A stretch of DNA of 19,339 bases from contig BCKQ01000012.1 in NCBI GenBank assembly GCA_001600695.1, positions 1 through 19,339 on the forward strand. Direction: 5' to 3'. The first letter of the stretch is position 1; each line of letters opens with the position of its first letter. Below the pieces are notes generated by a model. It had not been told where the DNA came from. It was given only the letters and a program-made list of their open reading frames with translations, and made no database searches. Positions 1-12,659 of this stretch are shown in pieces. The stretch is from Ascoidea asiatica JCM 7603 (lineage: Eukaryota > Fungi > Ascomycota). The translations under genes and the position numbers were made by a program.

Positions 1-834
1 TCTTGGTTGAAATTTTTTATCATTTGAAACAAAATCAATAATAGCAAACAATAATTTGAAAGAATCTAAAATTTGTGATAAATCTTTTTTAGAAGTTTTT
101 AGATTTAGTTTCATAACAAAACGAGGAAGTGGTGTACAATCTTCAACATTTATTGGATGAACGGAATCTTGATCTGTAATTGCAAAAAATTGTAAAACAT
201 CTCCAACATTCTTTAATAAATCACTAATATCAGATTTTTCAAGTATTAAATCATTAATTTCAGAAGATTCGGACATAAAAACAAATTGATTTGGCAAATT
301 TGAAGAATCAAGAGTTTTTGTTAAGGATAAAAAGTAATTTGAATTTCTATTTTCTTTCATATTTTCTTTATTAACAATTGAAAAGATAAAATTATTAACT
401 TTGATATTAGCATTAAAATTTCCAACAATTTCAATTACATCCTCTTCAACTTTTAAACTTTGCATGAAAAATGAAAAAACATCTTGAAAGAAATATAAAA
501 TAAAATTTTGTCTTGCTTTTAAAACAATTTTAATCAATATGTTCTTAATATTAACTCTACCACTTGCATATGTTGTATACAATTGATCATTATCTCTAAT
601 ATATAATTCAGTATCTGAACAACCAAATTTATAAAAATTTTCATCTAAATATGGTTTAATTGCTTTAATAATTTTATTAACATAACTTTCATTTAATTTG
701 TATCCAATAATATGGCAAACAACAAAAACTAATAAAGTACCAACCAAATAAAGCTCTGTTTTCCAATTATGAGTAACCCAACGTTGATAAACATCAGTTC
801 TATAATCTTCCATAACTCTTGCAAACAACCCCAT
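1..834 (-). CDS. CCDC47/DUF1682-family ER membrane protein (PAT complex subunit, YNR021W-like), 3' end outside window
   Basis: Not in the ORF track because it has no stop in the window. Manual translation from ATG at 834 is open to base 1: MGLFARVMEDYRTDVYQRWVTHNWKTELYLVGTLLVFVVCHIIGYKLN...YTTYASGRVNI...LKARQN...FIFSIVNKENMK...NYFLSLTKT...FVFMSES...FFAITDQ. It has a single N-terminal TM segment, and the YASGR, RQN, FMSE and ITDQ motifs resemble DUF1682. Confidence 0.8.
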   Translation of the reverse strand, partial: MGLFARVMEDYRTDVYQRWVTHNWKTELYLVGTLLVFVVCHIIGYKLNESYVNKIIKAIKPYLDENFYKFGCSDTELYIRDNDQLYTTYASGRVNIKNILIKIVLKARQNFILYFFQDVFSFFMQSLKVEEDVIEIVGNFNANIKVNNFIFSIVNKENMKENRNSNYFLSLTKTLDSSNLPNQFVFMSESSEINDLILEKSDISDLLKNVGDVLQFFAITDQDSVHPINVEDCTPLPRFVMKLNLKTSKKDLSQILDSFKLLFAIIDFVSNDKKFQPR

Positions 835-1494
835 TTTTAAATATGTTTTATGATTATATCTAAACTGAAAATTCCTAATGAATAATTTTAATTCAAGAAA
901 AGAAGAAGAAAAGAAATAAAATATTAGTACCTAGGCTATAAATATATTATGAATAATATAAAATAATAGAGGCAAAAGTAATAAAACTTTAGACAAAAAC
1001 TGATATTCTGAAAGGAATCTGGAAATGAAGATAGTGCTGAACCTTTCAATATTCATATTTTTCACCACCGTAGTCAGGCGTAATCAAACCAGATCAAAGA
1101 AGAAAGACAGGGAAACTAGCCAGCGCACCGCACCGCTGGTCGGGTCTCGAGAGCAGCCATCTTCACGCCATGTGTGTCACACATCATCGCCACACGTTGA
1201 TTGAATGTAGTTTTTTCTATTGTTTGATATGAAATACTCAAAATATAGTTTCTACTATTTGATTGATATATTTGTTACAAATCATTAAAATAAATTCTGA
1301 AAACAGTTGTAATAAAAAGGAAAAAATATAAAAAAAAATAGAAAAAGAATAGAAATAAAATAGAAATAAAATGAATATAAAATGAGAATATTTAATAAAA
1401 AAATTTTGTTCTGATATGCTTTTTTTAGCTTTTAGAAAATTAATTAGCGATGGTGGTTTTATTACTGAAAAAAATGAATAGATTATGAAATCTT

Positions 1495-4400
1495 TTAGCT
1501 TTTTATACAATTAACAGCTCCTTCTTGAAGACGTTTTAGATCTTTCTCATCAACCTTAGATGCTGCTACTGATGGTGGTGCTTTTGCCCTATTATGTGTC
1601 ATATGACTTTGTACTAAGTGACCAGCTGCCAATGCAGAACATAAAGAAAGTTCTCCAGCTAATACACAACTTGCAACAATTTTTGCCAACATTCTAGCAT
1701 TAGAGCCAGGACTAGTTGGGTGTGGTCCTCGTACTCCAAGTAATTCTAACATAGATCCTTGAGGTTCAAGTATTGTACCTCCTCCAATTGTACCAACTTC
1801 TATAGATGGCATACTAACTGATACCTGTAAATCACCTTTATCAGTTTTGTTCATCAATGTAATACAATTTGAACTTTCAACATTTTGTGCAGGATCTTGA
1901 CCGGTGGCAAGAAAAACGGCGGTAACTAAATTAGCTGCATGTGCATTAAACCCTCCAATGGCTCCTGCCATTGCACTACCAATTAAATTTTTGGAAATAT
2001 TAAGTTCAACTAATGCATCAACATCACTTTTTAAAACTTTTCTAACTATTTCTTTAGGAACAATAGCTTCTGCAACAACAGATTTTCCTCTACCATTAAT
2101 CCAATTAATTGCTGCTGCTTTTTTATCTGAACAAAAATTACCACTCAATGAAATTACTTCCATATTCTCAAATTTTTTTTCGGTTAAGTATTTTAAACAA
2201 AATTCAACACCTTTTGAAATCATATTCATACCCATTGCATCACCCGTTGTAGTTCTGAATCTTATATAAAGTAAAGTTCCTGCTAATGCTGTAAAAACAT
2301 GTTGTAATCTAGCAAATCTTGATGTCGAATTAAATTGTTTTTTCAATTCATCTTGACCTTCTTCAGAATCTATCCAAATTTTGGCTCTACCTGCTTCTTT
2401 TAATGTTGGAAATTTAACACATGGACCTCTTGTCATACCATCTCTGGTTAAAACTGTAGTTACACCTCCACCGAGGTTGATTGCTTTACACCCCCTCATA
2501 ACAGATGCTACAAGACAACCTTCAGTAGTTGCCATAGGAATATAATAATCTGTTTCATCAATTATCAATGGTCCTGCAATTCCAATAGGTAATGGTAAGT
2601 ATCCGATAACATTTTCACAACACGCTCCAAAAACTCTATCATAATCATATCCTAAATAAGGTAATTTATTTGTTTTAAGTATAGGTGCATTAGCTAATTC
2701 TGAAATAACTTTTCTTCTAATTGACACAGCTCTTGTTGTATCACTTAATTTTTTTTCTAAAGAATATAATGGAATATTACCATTTAAAACCAATTGCGAA
2801 ATATTATTATTATTAAGTTGAATTAATTCACCTTTTTTAAATGATTCTATTGCATCTTCCAATGTTTTGATATTTAAATCATTTTCTGAATTATTTTCTA
2901 AATTAGTAATATCTTTGGAATCATTTGAGTTTGCAGGCGAAGTTAAAGATATATTATTAAAAGGTTTTTCAGAAAATGGAATTGAAGATAAGTTACTTTT
3001 ATCATTATCATTATTTATAGAAATAGTATTATTTGATTCTTTTATTTCAATTTTATTATTAGATTTTGTTGAATTTTTATATTGATGTAAAGGTTTATCT
3101 AAGTTGTAAATTCTTGCAACATTGAGTAAATAAATATTAATAGAAGTACTTATAACAAAAGCAAATAATAAAAATTTTGAAATAACTCTATCTCTTATTG
3201 AAGAAGAAATTTTTTCTAAAACAAATACAATTTTATCTTCAATTTGATAAAATAAATTATTTTGAGGTAAATAAACTATTGGTTCTAAAATATTTAAAAT
3301 TATATTGGAATTATTATTATTCAAATTTTCATTTAAATTAATATTATTTTGATTTAATAAATTTGATATTAAATTGAAATTTTTATTAATTAGATCATTA
3401 TTAATTTTATTATTAATTGTATTAATTGAATTTGAATTTTTTAACCAATTATTTGAGAAAAACCATAATTGAAAGACGAATAAAAATGATAAAATTATAA
3501 ATTTAAAAAGATTGACAGTTGAATCAAATGGAGAATCTAAAAAAATTAAATTTTTTGAATTATTATTTAAATTTTTTATATTTAAGTTTAAAGTATCTAA
3601 AGATATTGAAGTTGCTAAATTTGGATTGATACCTTCTTCTTCTAAAGCATATTTAATTGTTGTTGATTGATGAATTAAATTAATTTCAATTTTTAAAGTT
3701 AAAACAGCAGAATAAAAAGTAAAAGTTAAAATCATATGAAAAAACATAATTAAAGAAGATAATATACAAAAACTTTTTAAAATTGTTAAATTTGGAGCAT
3801 AAATTGAACAACCTAAGAAAGCAAAAATTATTAAAAGATGATCTTTGATATAATTAATGGATTGTAATTTTATAGTACTAAAGATTAAATTATTAATATT
3901 AACTGAATTATGATTATTTTTAAGATTTGAAGAATTTAAAACAGCAGAAGTTATTAAAACCATATTATTAAAACCAATTGTTGAAACTAAAAAAGGTAAA
4001 CCTTCAGATAAAGATAATATTGAAATTTTTAAATTTAAAATTTTAGTTGAAGTAAATAAAGCAAATAAAAAAGAAATAAAAGAAGATAATAAAGAAGCAA
4101 AAGATAACCAAAATTTAGAATTATTTTTTCTATTCATATCATAAAATAATTTTATAAAAGTTAAATACATAAATAAATAAGCAATTGAAATTATAATTAT
4201 ATCAAAAGTTTCAGCACCTTTAATAATATTTAAAATTTTATTAAATAAATTTTTTAAAAATAAATGATATTGACCAATTCTATATTGATGACTTATTTTC
4301 CAAATTGTTTTTGAATCTGAAGAAATTAAATTTAATAAATTTAATTTAATAAATTGATTTAATTTAAATTGATCAAAATTATTTAATAATAAATAATTTT

Positions 4401-4914
4401 CTAAATTATTTTCCAAATTATTTTGATTTTTATTGATTAAATAATTTGATAAATTTGATAAATTTGGTAATTTATCAATATCATTATTATTTAATAATTT
4501 AAATTTTAAAGGTAAAATTGATAAATGATCAGAGATATTTAAATTATTTAAATAAGTTAAATTTGAAGAATAAACTGAATTTAATTTTAACCAGTTTTTT
4601 GTTGAAGAATTATATAAATAAGTATTATGATTAGAATTATCATAATTATTATAGAATGAAGAAATAATATTATTAGTAGAAGTAGTTGAAGTTATTGAAG
4701 AAGGAGATGAAGAAGAAGTGATAGATGAATCAGGAGATAATGAAAGAGAAGATAATAAATCTGAATTTGAAATGAAATAATCTTCAATTAAAGATATATA
4801 ACAAATAATTGCAAGAACTGAAATTATTAAAATTGTATGAACAGGTTTTGAAGCAGATATTTTTGATAAATAAGCAGCTAAAGTAGCAGCAGCATCTAAA
4901 ATAAATAGCGCCAT
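1495..4914 (-). CDS. HMG1: 3-hydroxy-3-methylglutaryl-CoA reductase (class I, membrane-bound)
   Basis: 1139 aa. N-terminal HPIH-like motif (KPVHTI) and a sterol-sensing TM region ([14 protein letters not shown]). Catalytic motifs [44 protein letters not shown] and SHMTHNR are present. Confidence 0.97.
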   Translation of the reverse strand: MALFILDAAATLAAYLSKISASKPVHTILIISVLAIICYISLIEDYFISNSDLLSSLSLSPDSSITSSSSPSSITSTTSTNNIISSFYNNYDNSNHNTYLYNSSTKNWLKLNSVYSSNLTYLNNLNISDHLSILPLKFKLLNNNDIDKLPNLSNLSNYLINKNQNNLENNLENYLLLNNFDQFKLNQFIKLNLLNLISSDSKTIWKISHQYRIGQYHLFLKNLFNKILNIIKGAETFDIIIISIAYLFMYLTFIKLFYDMNRKNNSKFWLSFASLLSSFISFLFALFTSTKILNLKISILSLSEGLPFLVSTIGFNNMVLITSAVLNSSNLKNNHNSVNINNLIFSTIKLQSINYIKDHLLIIFAFLGCSIYAPNLTILKSFCILSSLIMFFHMILTFTFYSAVLTLKIEINLIHQSTTIKYALEEEGINPNLATSISLDTLNLNIKNLNNNSKNLIFLDSPFDSTVNLFKFIILSFLFVFQLWFFSNNWLKNSNSINTINNKINNDLINKNFNLISNLLNQNNINLNENLNNNNSNIILNILEPIVYLPQNNLFYQIEDKIVFVLEKISSSIRDRVISKFLLFAFVISTSINIYLLNVARIYNLDKPLHQYKNSTKSNNKIEIKESNNTISINNDNDKSNLSSIPFSEKPFNNISLTSPANSNDSKDITNLENNSENDLNIKTLEDAIESFKKGELIQLNNNNISQLVLNGNIPLYSLEKKLSDTTRAVSIRRKVISELANAPILKTNKLPYLGYDYDRVFGACCENVIGYLPLPIGIAGPLIIDETDYYIPMATTEGCLVASVMRGCKAINLGGGVTTVLTRDGMTRGPCVKFPTLKEAGRAKIWIDSEEGQDELKKQFNSTSRFARLQHVFTALAGTLLYIRFRTTTGDAMGMNMISKGVEFCLKYLTEKKFENMEVISLSGNFCSDKKAAAINWINGRGKSVVAEAIVPKEIVRKVLKSDVDALVELNISKNLIGSAMAGAIGGFNAHAANLVTAVFLATGQDPAQNVESSNCITLMNKTDKGDLQVSVSMPSIEVGTIGGGTILEPQGSMLELLGVRGPHPTSPGSNARMLAKIVASCVLAGELSLCSALAAGHLVQSHMTHNRAKAPPSVAASKVDEKDLKRLQEGAVNCIKS

Positions 4915-5334
4915 TATAAAAAATGAAATTAATTGATTGAATTATTGATTGATGATTATTTCAAAATGATTTTCTTTTAAAAAAATTTAAAAGTAAAAGA
5001 ATTGAATTATTTTTTTTTTTTCAATAATTTGAATTTTCTATTGAAAAATCTTTTAACTTTAAATCGTTGATTCTTTGAATTGAATCTTTGAATCTTTTAT
5101 CGATTTATAATTGAAGTTTAAGCAGTATTGCAGTAACTCAGGATATTATAACAAGCATTGAAAAGAGAACTAAAAAAAATAAAATATATAAAATATATAA
5201 AATATATAAATAAAAAAAAAAACCATTAGAAGATATAAAAGTTATGAAGGATATAAAAAGAATTCGAAAAAGGTATTGAAAGTGATGTTGACATTGAAGA
5301 AGATGAAAGTGGAAAGAAAGTGTAGTCTCGAGGC

Positions 5335-5473
5335 CTCGTATAAAACCAGATCACACCAGCCCAGACAAGAGCCGAGAAGAAGAAACAGGAACAGTGCGTG
5401 GTGAGCTCAGGGAACCCACCCGCTCAGAGGGAACGCCACTAATCGCGCCACTAATTGCGCCAGATTATACGAG
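5335..5473. promoter_or_regulatory. Pair of sterol regulatory elements (Upc2/Ecm22-type TCGTATA) upstream of HMG1
   Basis: CTCGTATAA at 5335-5343 and its exact reverse complement TTATACGAG at 5465-5473, about 420-560 bp upstream of the HMG1 ATG in a GC-rich island. Confidence 0.7.
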
Positions 5474-5612
5474 TGCGAGTGTCTTGGCGGCACAGAGGAG
5501 ATACGTGCGCCACCGGTGCACGGAAAAAAAGAGGAGATGGAGAGAGATTGTTCTATTATTTATTATATTATTATACTATTAAGATGTTGCAATTGCAATA
5601 CAGTTGGTGAGA

Positions 5613-6128
5613 CTAGTTGGATGATGATTTTTGAAAATGTATGAAATTCAAGTTGTTTATACCTCCAGAGGTTCCATTCCATTTTCTGAGATTCTTAACA
5701 TTCACCTTGTCTGACAAGTCTGGCATGTAGAAACCAGACTCAGTTTCCTTCTTTTCCTGGGTCATGATTCCTTCTAACAACGTCTGCCTGTTGGTAGGTG
5801 CTCTTCCAGTTCTTCTTTCTGCTTTTAAATCATTTAACTCATCTTCATATCTCATCACAAATAGCTGTGTCAAGGTTTCCATTTCTGATCTATTTAACAC
5901 CTCTTTGTCTTTGAATATATCCTGATTTAAGGAATCTTGAAAAAACTTGATTCTAAGCAAACGAAGATTGATTTTATCAAAATGTTCTGCTTTCTTCTTA
6001 ATAATCTTATGTTCTCTTAACGTGGCTCGATTTAACTGTTTTAATTTTCTGCCTTTAGGATGTAATCCATTCTTTGAGTTCTTCTGAAATTTTTTGGTTA
6101 CTTTATTCAAACTTTTGGATAATGGCAT
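5613..6128 (-). CDS. TMA16: Translation machinery-associated protein 16 (pre-60S factor)
   Basis: 171 aa basic protein with LHPKGRKLKQLNRATLRE, RRTGRAP and GFYMPDL...LRKWNG motifs typical of Tma16. Confidence 0.9.
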   Translation of the reverse strand: MPLSKSLNKVTKKFQKNSKNGLHPKGRKLKQLNRATLREHKIIKKKAEHFDKINLRLLRIKFFQDSLNQDIFKDKEVLNRSEMETLTQLFVMRYEDELNDLKAERRTGRAPTNRQTLLEGIMTQEKKETESGFYMPDLSDKVNVKNLRKWNGTSGGINNLNFIHFQKSSSN

Positions 6129-6384
6129 CTTGTATAATTATTGTAGTGTAATGGTAGTAATATAGCTAATAGTATTAGTCTCAATATAAATATTGAACTA
6201 TTTATTTGTAAATATTATTTCAAAACCTCTTTCAAAACCTTAGGAAAAATAAAAATAAAAAAAAATATATTTCACTGTTTAAAGAAAAATAAAGAAATCT
6301 AGAATAATGCATCCATACCACTGGTTCACACTGCTTCTAAATTGACAGACCCCTTCAACTTTTTCAAGAAACCTCTTTTTAGCC

Positions 6385-6419
6385 TCACGTAAGGTTCTTA
6401 AACCCCTAAACGCCACGTG
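6385..6419. promoter_or_regulatory. Adjacent Tbf1-type (TTAGGG) and Cbf1-type E-box (CACGTG) motifs in the TMA16/CRM1 divergent promoter
   Basis: CCCTAA at 6404-6409, CACGTG at 6414-6419 and TCACGT at 6385-6390, followed by a long pyrimidine tract (about 6420-6520). Confidence 0.45.
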
Positions 6420-7234
6420 CTTCTTTTTAGCTTCTCCTTTTCCCTTTCTTTCAGCTTCTTTCTTTCTTTATTTATTTCTTTATTTCTTCCCTTTTCTCAC
6501 CTTCTCTTTTCTTTTCTCCCTCACAAACATATAAATAAATAAACAAATAAATAAATAATATTTTCAAATAAATATTCATAAATTCAATTTGTTTTTAATT
6601 CAACAATAATTTAAATTCAAGTTGAGAATTCAATTGATTCAAATTTTCAAACGCTAATTTTAAATATCAATCTAGATTATAATTTATAATTTATAATCTA
6701 GAACCTGTAATCTATAGTTTATACTTTTATAGTCTATAATACATAATCTTATATTATAATCTATTTTCATATTCATATTCATATTCAAACTAAGATTCAA
6801 AGTAAGATTCATCCTCATCCTCATCTTAATTTTAATCTTTATCTTTATCCATATATTAATTTTCTTTTACTTATTTCCAATAAAAAATAATAATAACAGT
6901 CAAAATTTGAACTATAAATTAGAATTAGAATTTAAATCAGAATAGTAATCCTAAATTTTCACTTTCATCTCGTCTATTTAGTCTATTTTACCTATATTTT
7001 ACTTAACGTAAATTCTATCAATTTTCATTATTATAAGTACTAGTCGCTCTTAATATATAATCAAAATTACTTCCTTCATCCAACTTTTAATTTCTTAATA
7101 GTAAATTATTTTCATCAGTATAATTCAATAACATAAAAAAAATATTATATTATAAATATAATACAATAACTAAAAATATTGTATAAATATAATTTTACTA
7201 ATATTACCTTATTTTATTCAAATTATTATTTTTA

Positions 7235-10200
7235 ATGGATTCTTTACTTGATTTCTCTTCAGATTTCGATGTTAAATTATTAGATCAAATTGTTGAAACT
7301 TTTTATAAAGGTTCAGGTGATGCTCAAAAATCTGCTCAAGATATTTTAACTAAATTTCAATCTCATCCTCAAGCTTGGGAAAGAGCTGGTGAAATTTTAG
7401 AAAATTCCAATGATTCTCAATCTAAATTTATTGCTTTATCAATTTTAGATAATTTAATTTCAACACGTTGGAAAGCTTTACCAGATGATCAAAGACTAGG
7501 TATTAGGAACTTCTTAGTTAATATGATTATATCTTTATGTGATAATGATACTCAGTTTAAATCTCAAAAAACTTTAATTAATAAATGTGATTTAACTTTA
7601 GTTCAAATTTTAAAGAAAGATTGGCCAGATAATTGGCCACAATTTGTACCTGAATTAGTCGATTCAAGTAGAGCTGGCTTTAATGTTTGTGAAAATAATA
7701 TGATAATTTTAAAATATTTATCTGAAGAAATTTTTGATTTTTCTCAAGATCAAATGACTCAAAAAAAAGCAAAAACTTTAAAAGAAAATTTATCAAATGA
7801 ATTTCAGGAAATTTTTAAATTATGTTATGAAGTTTTAGATAAAGCTTCTCAACCAACTTTAATTGTTGAAACTTTAAAAACTTTATCTAGATATTTACAT
7901 TGGATTCCATTTGGTTATATTTTTGAAACTGATATTTTAGATTTATTAACTTTAAAATTTTTAAATCCAATTGAAACAAGATCAATTTCGCTTAAATGTT
8001 TAACTGAAGTTAGTTCTTTATATGAATTAAAATATAATGATAATTTTTTGAAGATGTTTGCAAATTCTTTACAACAAATTCATCAATTTTTACCAATTGA
8101 AACTAATTTTAGAGAATATTATAAATATGCTTCTGTTAATGAACAAGGTTTTTTACAAGATCTTACAATGTATTTAGCTACTTTTTTATCAATTCATGTT
8201 ATTGATGCTGAAAATGCTTCTGATTATAAACCAATTTTAAGAATGGGTACTGAATATTTAATTCAATTAGCAAGAATTGAAGAAAGAGAATTATTTAAAA
8301 TTTGTATTGATTATTTCAATAAATTAGTTCAAGGTTTATTTATTGAAGTTCAGAATATTCCAAAAAATGAATTATCTCCTTTGATGCAACTAGGTTTAGG
8401 TTCAACTTTAAATCCTTCTTCTGGTGCTCCAAATCCAGAATTTTTAAAAAAATTTCCTTTAAGGAAACATATTTATGATCAAATGTTATCTCAATTAAGA
8501 GTTGTTGTAATTGAATCAATGGCAAGACCAGAAGAAGTCTTAGTTGTTGAAAATGATGAAGGTGAAATTGTTAGAGAGTTCGTCAAAGAAAGTGATACAA
8601 TCACTTTATATAAATCCATGAGAGAATTGTTAGTTTATTTAACTCACTTGGATGTCATAGATACTGAACAAATTATGAGTGAAAAATTATCAAAACAAAT
8701 TGATGGCTCTGAATGGTCATGGCACAATATTAATACTTTATGTTGGGCAATTGGATCAATTTCTGGTACAATGTCTGAGGAAATGGAAAAAAGATTTTTA
8801 ATTACTGTAATAAAAGACTTACTAGCTTTAACAGAAATGAAAAGGGGTAAAGATAATAAAGCTGTTGTAGCTTCAAATATCATGTATATTGTTGGTCAAT
8901 ATCCAAGATTTTTAAAAGCTCATTGGAAATTTCTTAAAACTGTTGTTAATAAATTATTTGAATTCATGCACGAAACTCATGAAGGGGTTCAAGATATGGC
9001 TTGCGATACATTTATCAAAATTGCAAAAAAATGTAAAAAGCATTTTGTTCGTACTCAATTAAATGAGTTTGAGCCTTTTATTACTGAAATTATTAAAAAT
9101 ATTCAAGTAATTACCGAAGATTTATCTCCACAACAGGTTCATACTTTTTACGAAGCATGTGGTATAATTGTTAGTTCTCAAAATAACCCACAAGCTCAAC
9201 AAAAGTTAATTTCGGAATTAATGGCTTTGCCAAATCTTGCTTGGAGTTCCATTACTCAACAAGCTGCTTTAAATCCTGGGCTACTTTCAAGTACTGACAC
9301 TGTTAAAATAATCGCTAGTATCATTAAAACAAATGTAGCAGTTTGTAAATCTTTAGGGGATTCTTTTTATATCCAATTAGCGCTTATATATGTTGATATG
9401 TTATCATTGTATACTGCTGTAAGTGGAATGATATCTGATGCAGTGGCTGAAGGTAATTCTATTGCCACAAAAACTCCCAAAGTTCGTGGGCTCAGAACTA
9501 TCAAGAAAGAAGTTTTACATCTTGTTGAAGTTTACATTTCTGGCGCTGATAATAAAGAAGAAATCGTTAAGGATTTAATTCAGCCATTATTTGCAGCAGT
9601 ATTAGAAGATTATCGAACTAATGTTCCGGATGCAAGAGATGCCGAAGTTTTAATATGTATGACAACAGTTGTTGAAAAAGTTGGAGATCTAGTCCCTGAT
9701 GGAATGATGCTTATTTTACAAAATGTTTTCGAAAACACAATAAACATGATTAACAAAGATTTTACTGAATATCCGGAACATAGAGTTGAATTCTATAAGC
9801 TCTTGAAAGCTATTAACGAAAAATCTTTTTCATCTTTGCTTCAATTATCTGGTGATGATTTTCAACAATTCATTTTTGCAATTTTATGGGCTTATCAACA
9901 TGATAACAGAGAAGTTGAAACTTGTGGTTTACAAATTGCAATTCAATTGATGGATAATGTTGAGAAGCTTGGTGTTAATGGCTTTTCAACTGGTTTTTAC
10001 CAAAAATTTTTTTTCAGAATATTAGCTGATACATTTTCTGTTTTGACAGATTCAGATCATAAATCAGGTTTCCGTTATCAAGCTGAATTAATACAAAGAA
10101 TGATTAGAATGGTTGAAGATGGTATAATCCAAGTTCCAATATATACTGAAGATAAAGCTCCACCAGGAACCTCGAATTCTGTCTATTTGAAACAATATAT

Positions 10201-10474
10201 TGCAAACATGTTAATCAATGAGTTTTCGCAATTAAGACAATCACAAGTTGAGAATTTCGTTACCGTTCTAATAAATCAACGAGCCGAGCCTATTAAGTTC
10301 AGAAACACACTCAGAGATTTCTTAGTTCAACTTAAAGAAATCGGAGGAGATCCTACTGATTACTTGTTTGCAGAAGATAAAGAAAGTGAATTACATGAAA
10401 AACAAGTTCAAGATAGAGAAAATGCAATGAAAGTTGGTGGTTTATTGAAACCATCGGAATTGGATGACGATTAA
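7235..10474 (+). CDS. CRM1: Exportin-1 (nuclear export receptor)
   Basis: 1079 aa. Hallmark segments: acidic loop [68 protein letters not shown] and C-terminal [12 protein letters not shown]. Confidence 0.98.
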   Translation: MDSLLDFSSDFDVKLLDQIVETFYKGSGDAQKSAQDILTKFQSHPQAWERAGEILENSNDSQSKFIALSILDNLISTRWKALPDDQRLGIRNFLVNMIISLCDNDTQFKSQKTLINKCDLTLVQILKKDWPDNWPQFVPELVDSSRAGFNVCENNMIILKYLSEEIFDFSQDQMTQKKAKTLKENLSNEFQEIFKLCYEVLDKASQPTLIVETLKTLSRYLHWIPFGYIFETDILDLLTLKFLNPIETRSISLKCLTEVSSLYELKYNDNFLKMFANSLQQIHQFLPIETNFREYYKYASVNEQGFLQDLTMYLATFLSIHVIDAENASDYKPILRMGTEYLIQLARIEERELFKICIDYFNKLVQGLFIEVQNIPKNELSPLMQLGLGSTLNPSSGAPNPEFLKKFPLRKHIYDQMLSQLRVVVIESMARPEEVLVVENDEGEIVREFVKESDTITLYKSMRELLVYLTHLDVIDTEQIMSEKLSKQIDGSEWSWHNINTLCWAIGSISGTMSEEMEKRFLITVIKDLLALTEMKRGKDNKAVVASNIMYIVGQYPRFLKAHWKFLKTVVNKLFEFMHETHEGVQDMACDTFIKIAKKCKKHFVRTQLNEFEPFITEIIKNIQVITEDLSPQQVHTFYEACGIIVSSQNNPQAQQKLISELMALPNLAWSSITQQAALNPGLLSSTDTVKIIASIIKTNVAVCKSLGDSFYIQLALIYVDMLSLYTAVSGMISDAVAEGNSIATKTPKVRGLRTIKKEVLHLVEVYISGADNKEEIVKDLIQPLFAAVLEDYRTNVPDARDAEVLICMTTVVEKVGDLVPDGMMLILQNVFENTINMINKDFTEYPEHRVEFYKLLKAINEKSFSSLLQLSGDDFQQFIFAILWAYQHDNREVETCGLQIAIQLMDNVEKLGVNGFSTGFYQKFFFRILADTFSVLTDSDHKSGFRYQAELIQRMIRMVEDGIIQVPIYTEDKAPPGTSNSVYLKQYIANMLINEFSQLRQSQVENFVTVLINQRAEPIKFRNTLRDFLVQLKEIGGDPTDYLFAEDKESELHEKQVQDRENAMKVGGLLKPSELDDD

Positions 10475-10973
10475 AAGAATTTTAATTTTTCTTTGCCAAA
10501 CTTTTGTTTATTTCTAATAGTTCTTCATCAATTTTTCCTACCTGATATCTCACCTCACTATCGGAGGTCTTTCATACTTGTGAAAGTTATATTTTCTTTC
10601 ACTGGTTTGTGTGCTTCATATAATTCATTATTTTTTTCTTTTTTTTTTCAAATAATTTCTGTATATTTATTGAGATACACTAGGCTAGTCTTTGAATATT
10701 TTCGCTACTTGTGTTACTTTATTTTAATTATCTATATAATATCTTTTTTCATAAATCTAACTTATTTTCTTTTTATCAAGCCATATCAGTGCTGCTAAAA
10801 AAGTGAAAATATTTTCCTTAATTTTCCAAAGTTCTCTTTTTTAAAATTTTGAGAAAAACTGGATAAATATATAGTGAATTATTATTGAATGCATTAATCA
10901 CATTACTAATTGTAGATATAATACTATTTATTGTAAAACTTTTAAGTGATTATTTCTTTAAATAATTTTGCAA

Positions 10974-12659
10974 CTAATTTAAACATTTCGACATATACGG
11001 GCCATCAAGTTTATACCCAAGTTTACCATAATAGTTTCTTACTCCAACTCCACTGATAACACTAATTTTTTTACTTCTATGTTCTTCTTTTGCAATTCGC
11101 TCTGCTTCTTCCATTAGTAGAGAGCCAAACCCTTGATGTTGAAATTTCTTCGGATCTCTACTATGAACAGGGACAACAGATCCATACACATGCAACTCTC
11201 TTATAATACTAGAAGGTTGCTTTTTAAACTCGTTTCTATAAGTATACTTTTTACTAGCTTTTCTTAATCTTAACAAACCAATTAAAATATCTTGCTTTGG
11301 ATCTTCATAACTCAAAAAGGTTTCCCAGCCCCCATTTGCATAATAATCTCTTCTAATTAATTCAACCTGATCAGGTTGAACTTTATGATGAACTTCTTGA
11401 ATTCCTACCTCTCTTGTTCTAACATCACGACAAGTTGTTCCAAAATCTTTCATTCTTCCTAGAGCAAGTTCTCTAAGATTACCATTTTCAACACCAGATG
11501 AAACAAGAGGCATTGGTATATCTCTCTGGACTCTATAAATTCTGGTCCAAGGAGGAACTAAAGCTAAAATTCTTGCAACAAGATCGATTAGATCATTAGC
11601 ATTATAAGACTTATATAAACCTTTTTTCCAAAGTTCATATAAACCAGTTCCCCTTATAACTAAAGTTGGATATAATTTGAGACCATCAGTTCTAAAAGCA
11701 GGATTTTCAAAATATTCTTTGAATTGTTCCAAATCTCTTTCCATTCCAACATTAGGTAAATCGGGCATCATATGAGAGACTATTTTATAACCAGCATCTT
11801 TTGCAATAGAAAAAGTATTACAAACAGCTTTAACTGTGTGCCCACGATTTGTATCTCTTGCAACATCTTCATATACAGATTGAACTCCGATTTCAAGACG
11901 TGTACAGCCATAATCTAACATGTCATTTAAATGAGTTTCAGTGCAATAATCAGGCCTGGTTTCAATAGTTATTCCAACACATTTAATCAAGGATTGTTGA
12001 GAAAATTTAACGGATTCTTTCAAATTTAGACCAGAATAACCACTTAAAGCATTGTGTAAATTACAAATAAATTCTTCTCTATATTTTTTATCTAAAGACA
12101 TAAAAGTTCCACCCATTACAATATATTCAACTTTATCAATAGAATGTCCTAATTGTCTTAATTGTTCAATTCTACCTCTTGCTTGTTCATAGGGATCATA
12201 TCTTGCTCTTATTGCTCTCATTGAAGTTGGCTCATAACCTGTATAAGATTGAGTTGAATATTCAAAATCTGAATCTGGACCTCCAGGACAATAGACACAT
12301 ATATTACCTGTGTAAGCTATATGAGGACATCTATGTGGTTTACACATAACAGCAACTACTGCAATCCCTGAAGCTGTTCTAACTGGTTTTGCTTTAAGTT
12401 TTGGAATTAAATATTTTTTATATTGATCAGGTATTGAATTTATAATATCAGTTAATCTTGGCTGCCTTTGTAATTTATATTTTTTAGCATATTTTGTTAT
12501 TAGACCATTTAGATTTATATCCCTTGAATCTTGTAAAGAAGCAACTAATTCTAAAGAAACTTCTGAGCAAGTTTTTAAAAATCGTTCTTTTTCAGGTAAA
12601 AGATTTTTTTGTCTTGGTCTAACACGAGAATCCGATTGCGTTTGAGTTTGAGTTGACAT
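10974..12659 (-). CDS. ELP3: Elongator catalytic subunit 3 (radical-SAM/GNAT tRNA U34 modification enzyme)
   Basis: 561 aa. KPVRTASG, Fe-S cysteines CKPHRCPH...[18 protein letters not shown] and the GNAT motif RELHVYG...QHQGFG. Confidence 0.98.
   Translation of the reverse strand: MSTQTQTQSDSRVRPRQKNLLPEKERFLKTCSEVSLELVASLQDSRDINLNGLITKYAKKYKLQRQPRLTDIINSIPDQYKKYLIPKLKAKPVRTASGIAVVAVMCKPHRCPHIAYTGNICVYCPGGPDSDFEYSTQSYTGYEPTSMRAIRARYDPYEQARGRIEQLRQLGHSIDKVEYIVMGGTFMSLDKKYREEFICNLHNALSGYSGLNLKESVKFSQQSLIKCVGITIETRPDYCTETHLNDMLDYGCTRLEIGVQSVYEDVARDTNRGHTVKAVCNTFSIAKDAGYKIVSHMMPDLPNVGMERDLEQFKEYFENPAFRTDGLKLYPTLVIRGTGLYELWKKGLYKSYNANDLIDLVARILALVPPWTRIYRVQRDIPMPLVSSGVENGNLRELALGRMKDFGTTCRDVRTREVGIQEVHHKVQPDQVELIRRDYYANGGWETFLSYEDPKQDILIGLLRLRKASKKYTYRNEFKKQPSSIIRELHVYGSVVPVHSRDPKKFQHQGFGSLLMEEAERIAKEEHRSKKISVISGVGVRNYYGKLGYKLDGPYMSKCLN

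Noticed and set aside
1238-1510. 90-aa hydrophobic ORF overlapping the HMG1 stop
   Set aside because: TTG start and a Phe/Ile-rich translation of T-rich 3' UTR.
5394-5582. 62-aa ORF
   Set aside because: GTG start; it is a by-product of the GC-rich HMG1 regulatory island.
7190-7237. Intron just upstream of the CRM1 ATG (TACTAAT branch-like)
   Set aside because: There is no AG acceptor between it and the ATG, and the protein N-terminus is already complete.
10493-10798. 101-aa ORF after CRM1
   Set aside because: TTG start and low-complexity T-rich terminator region between convergent genes.
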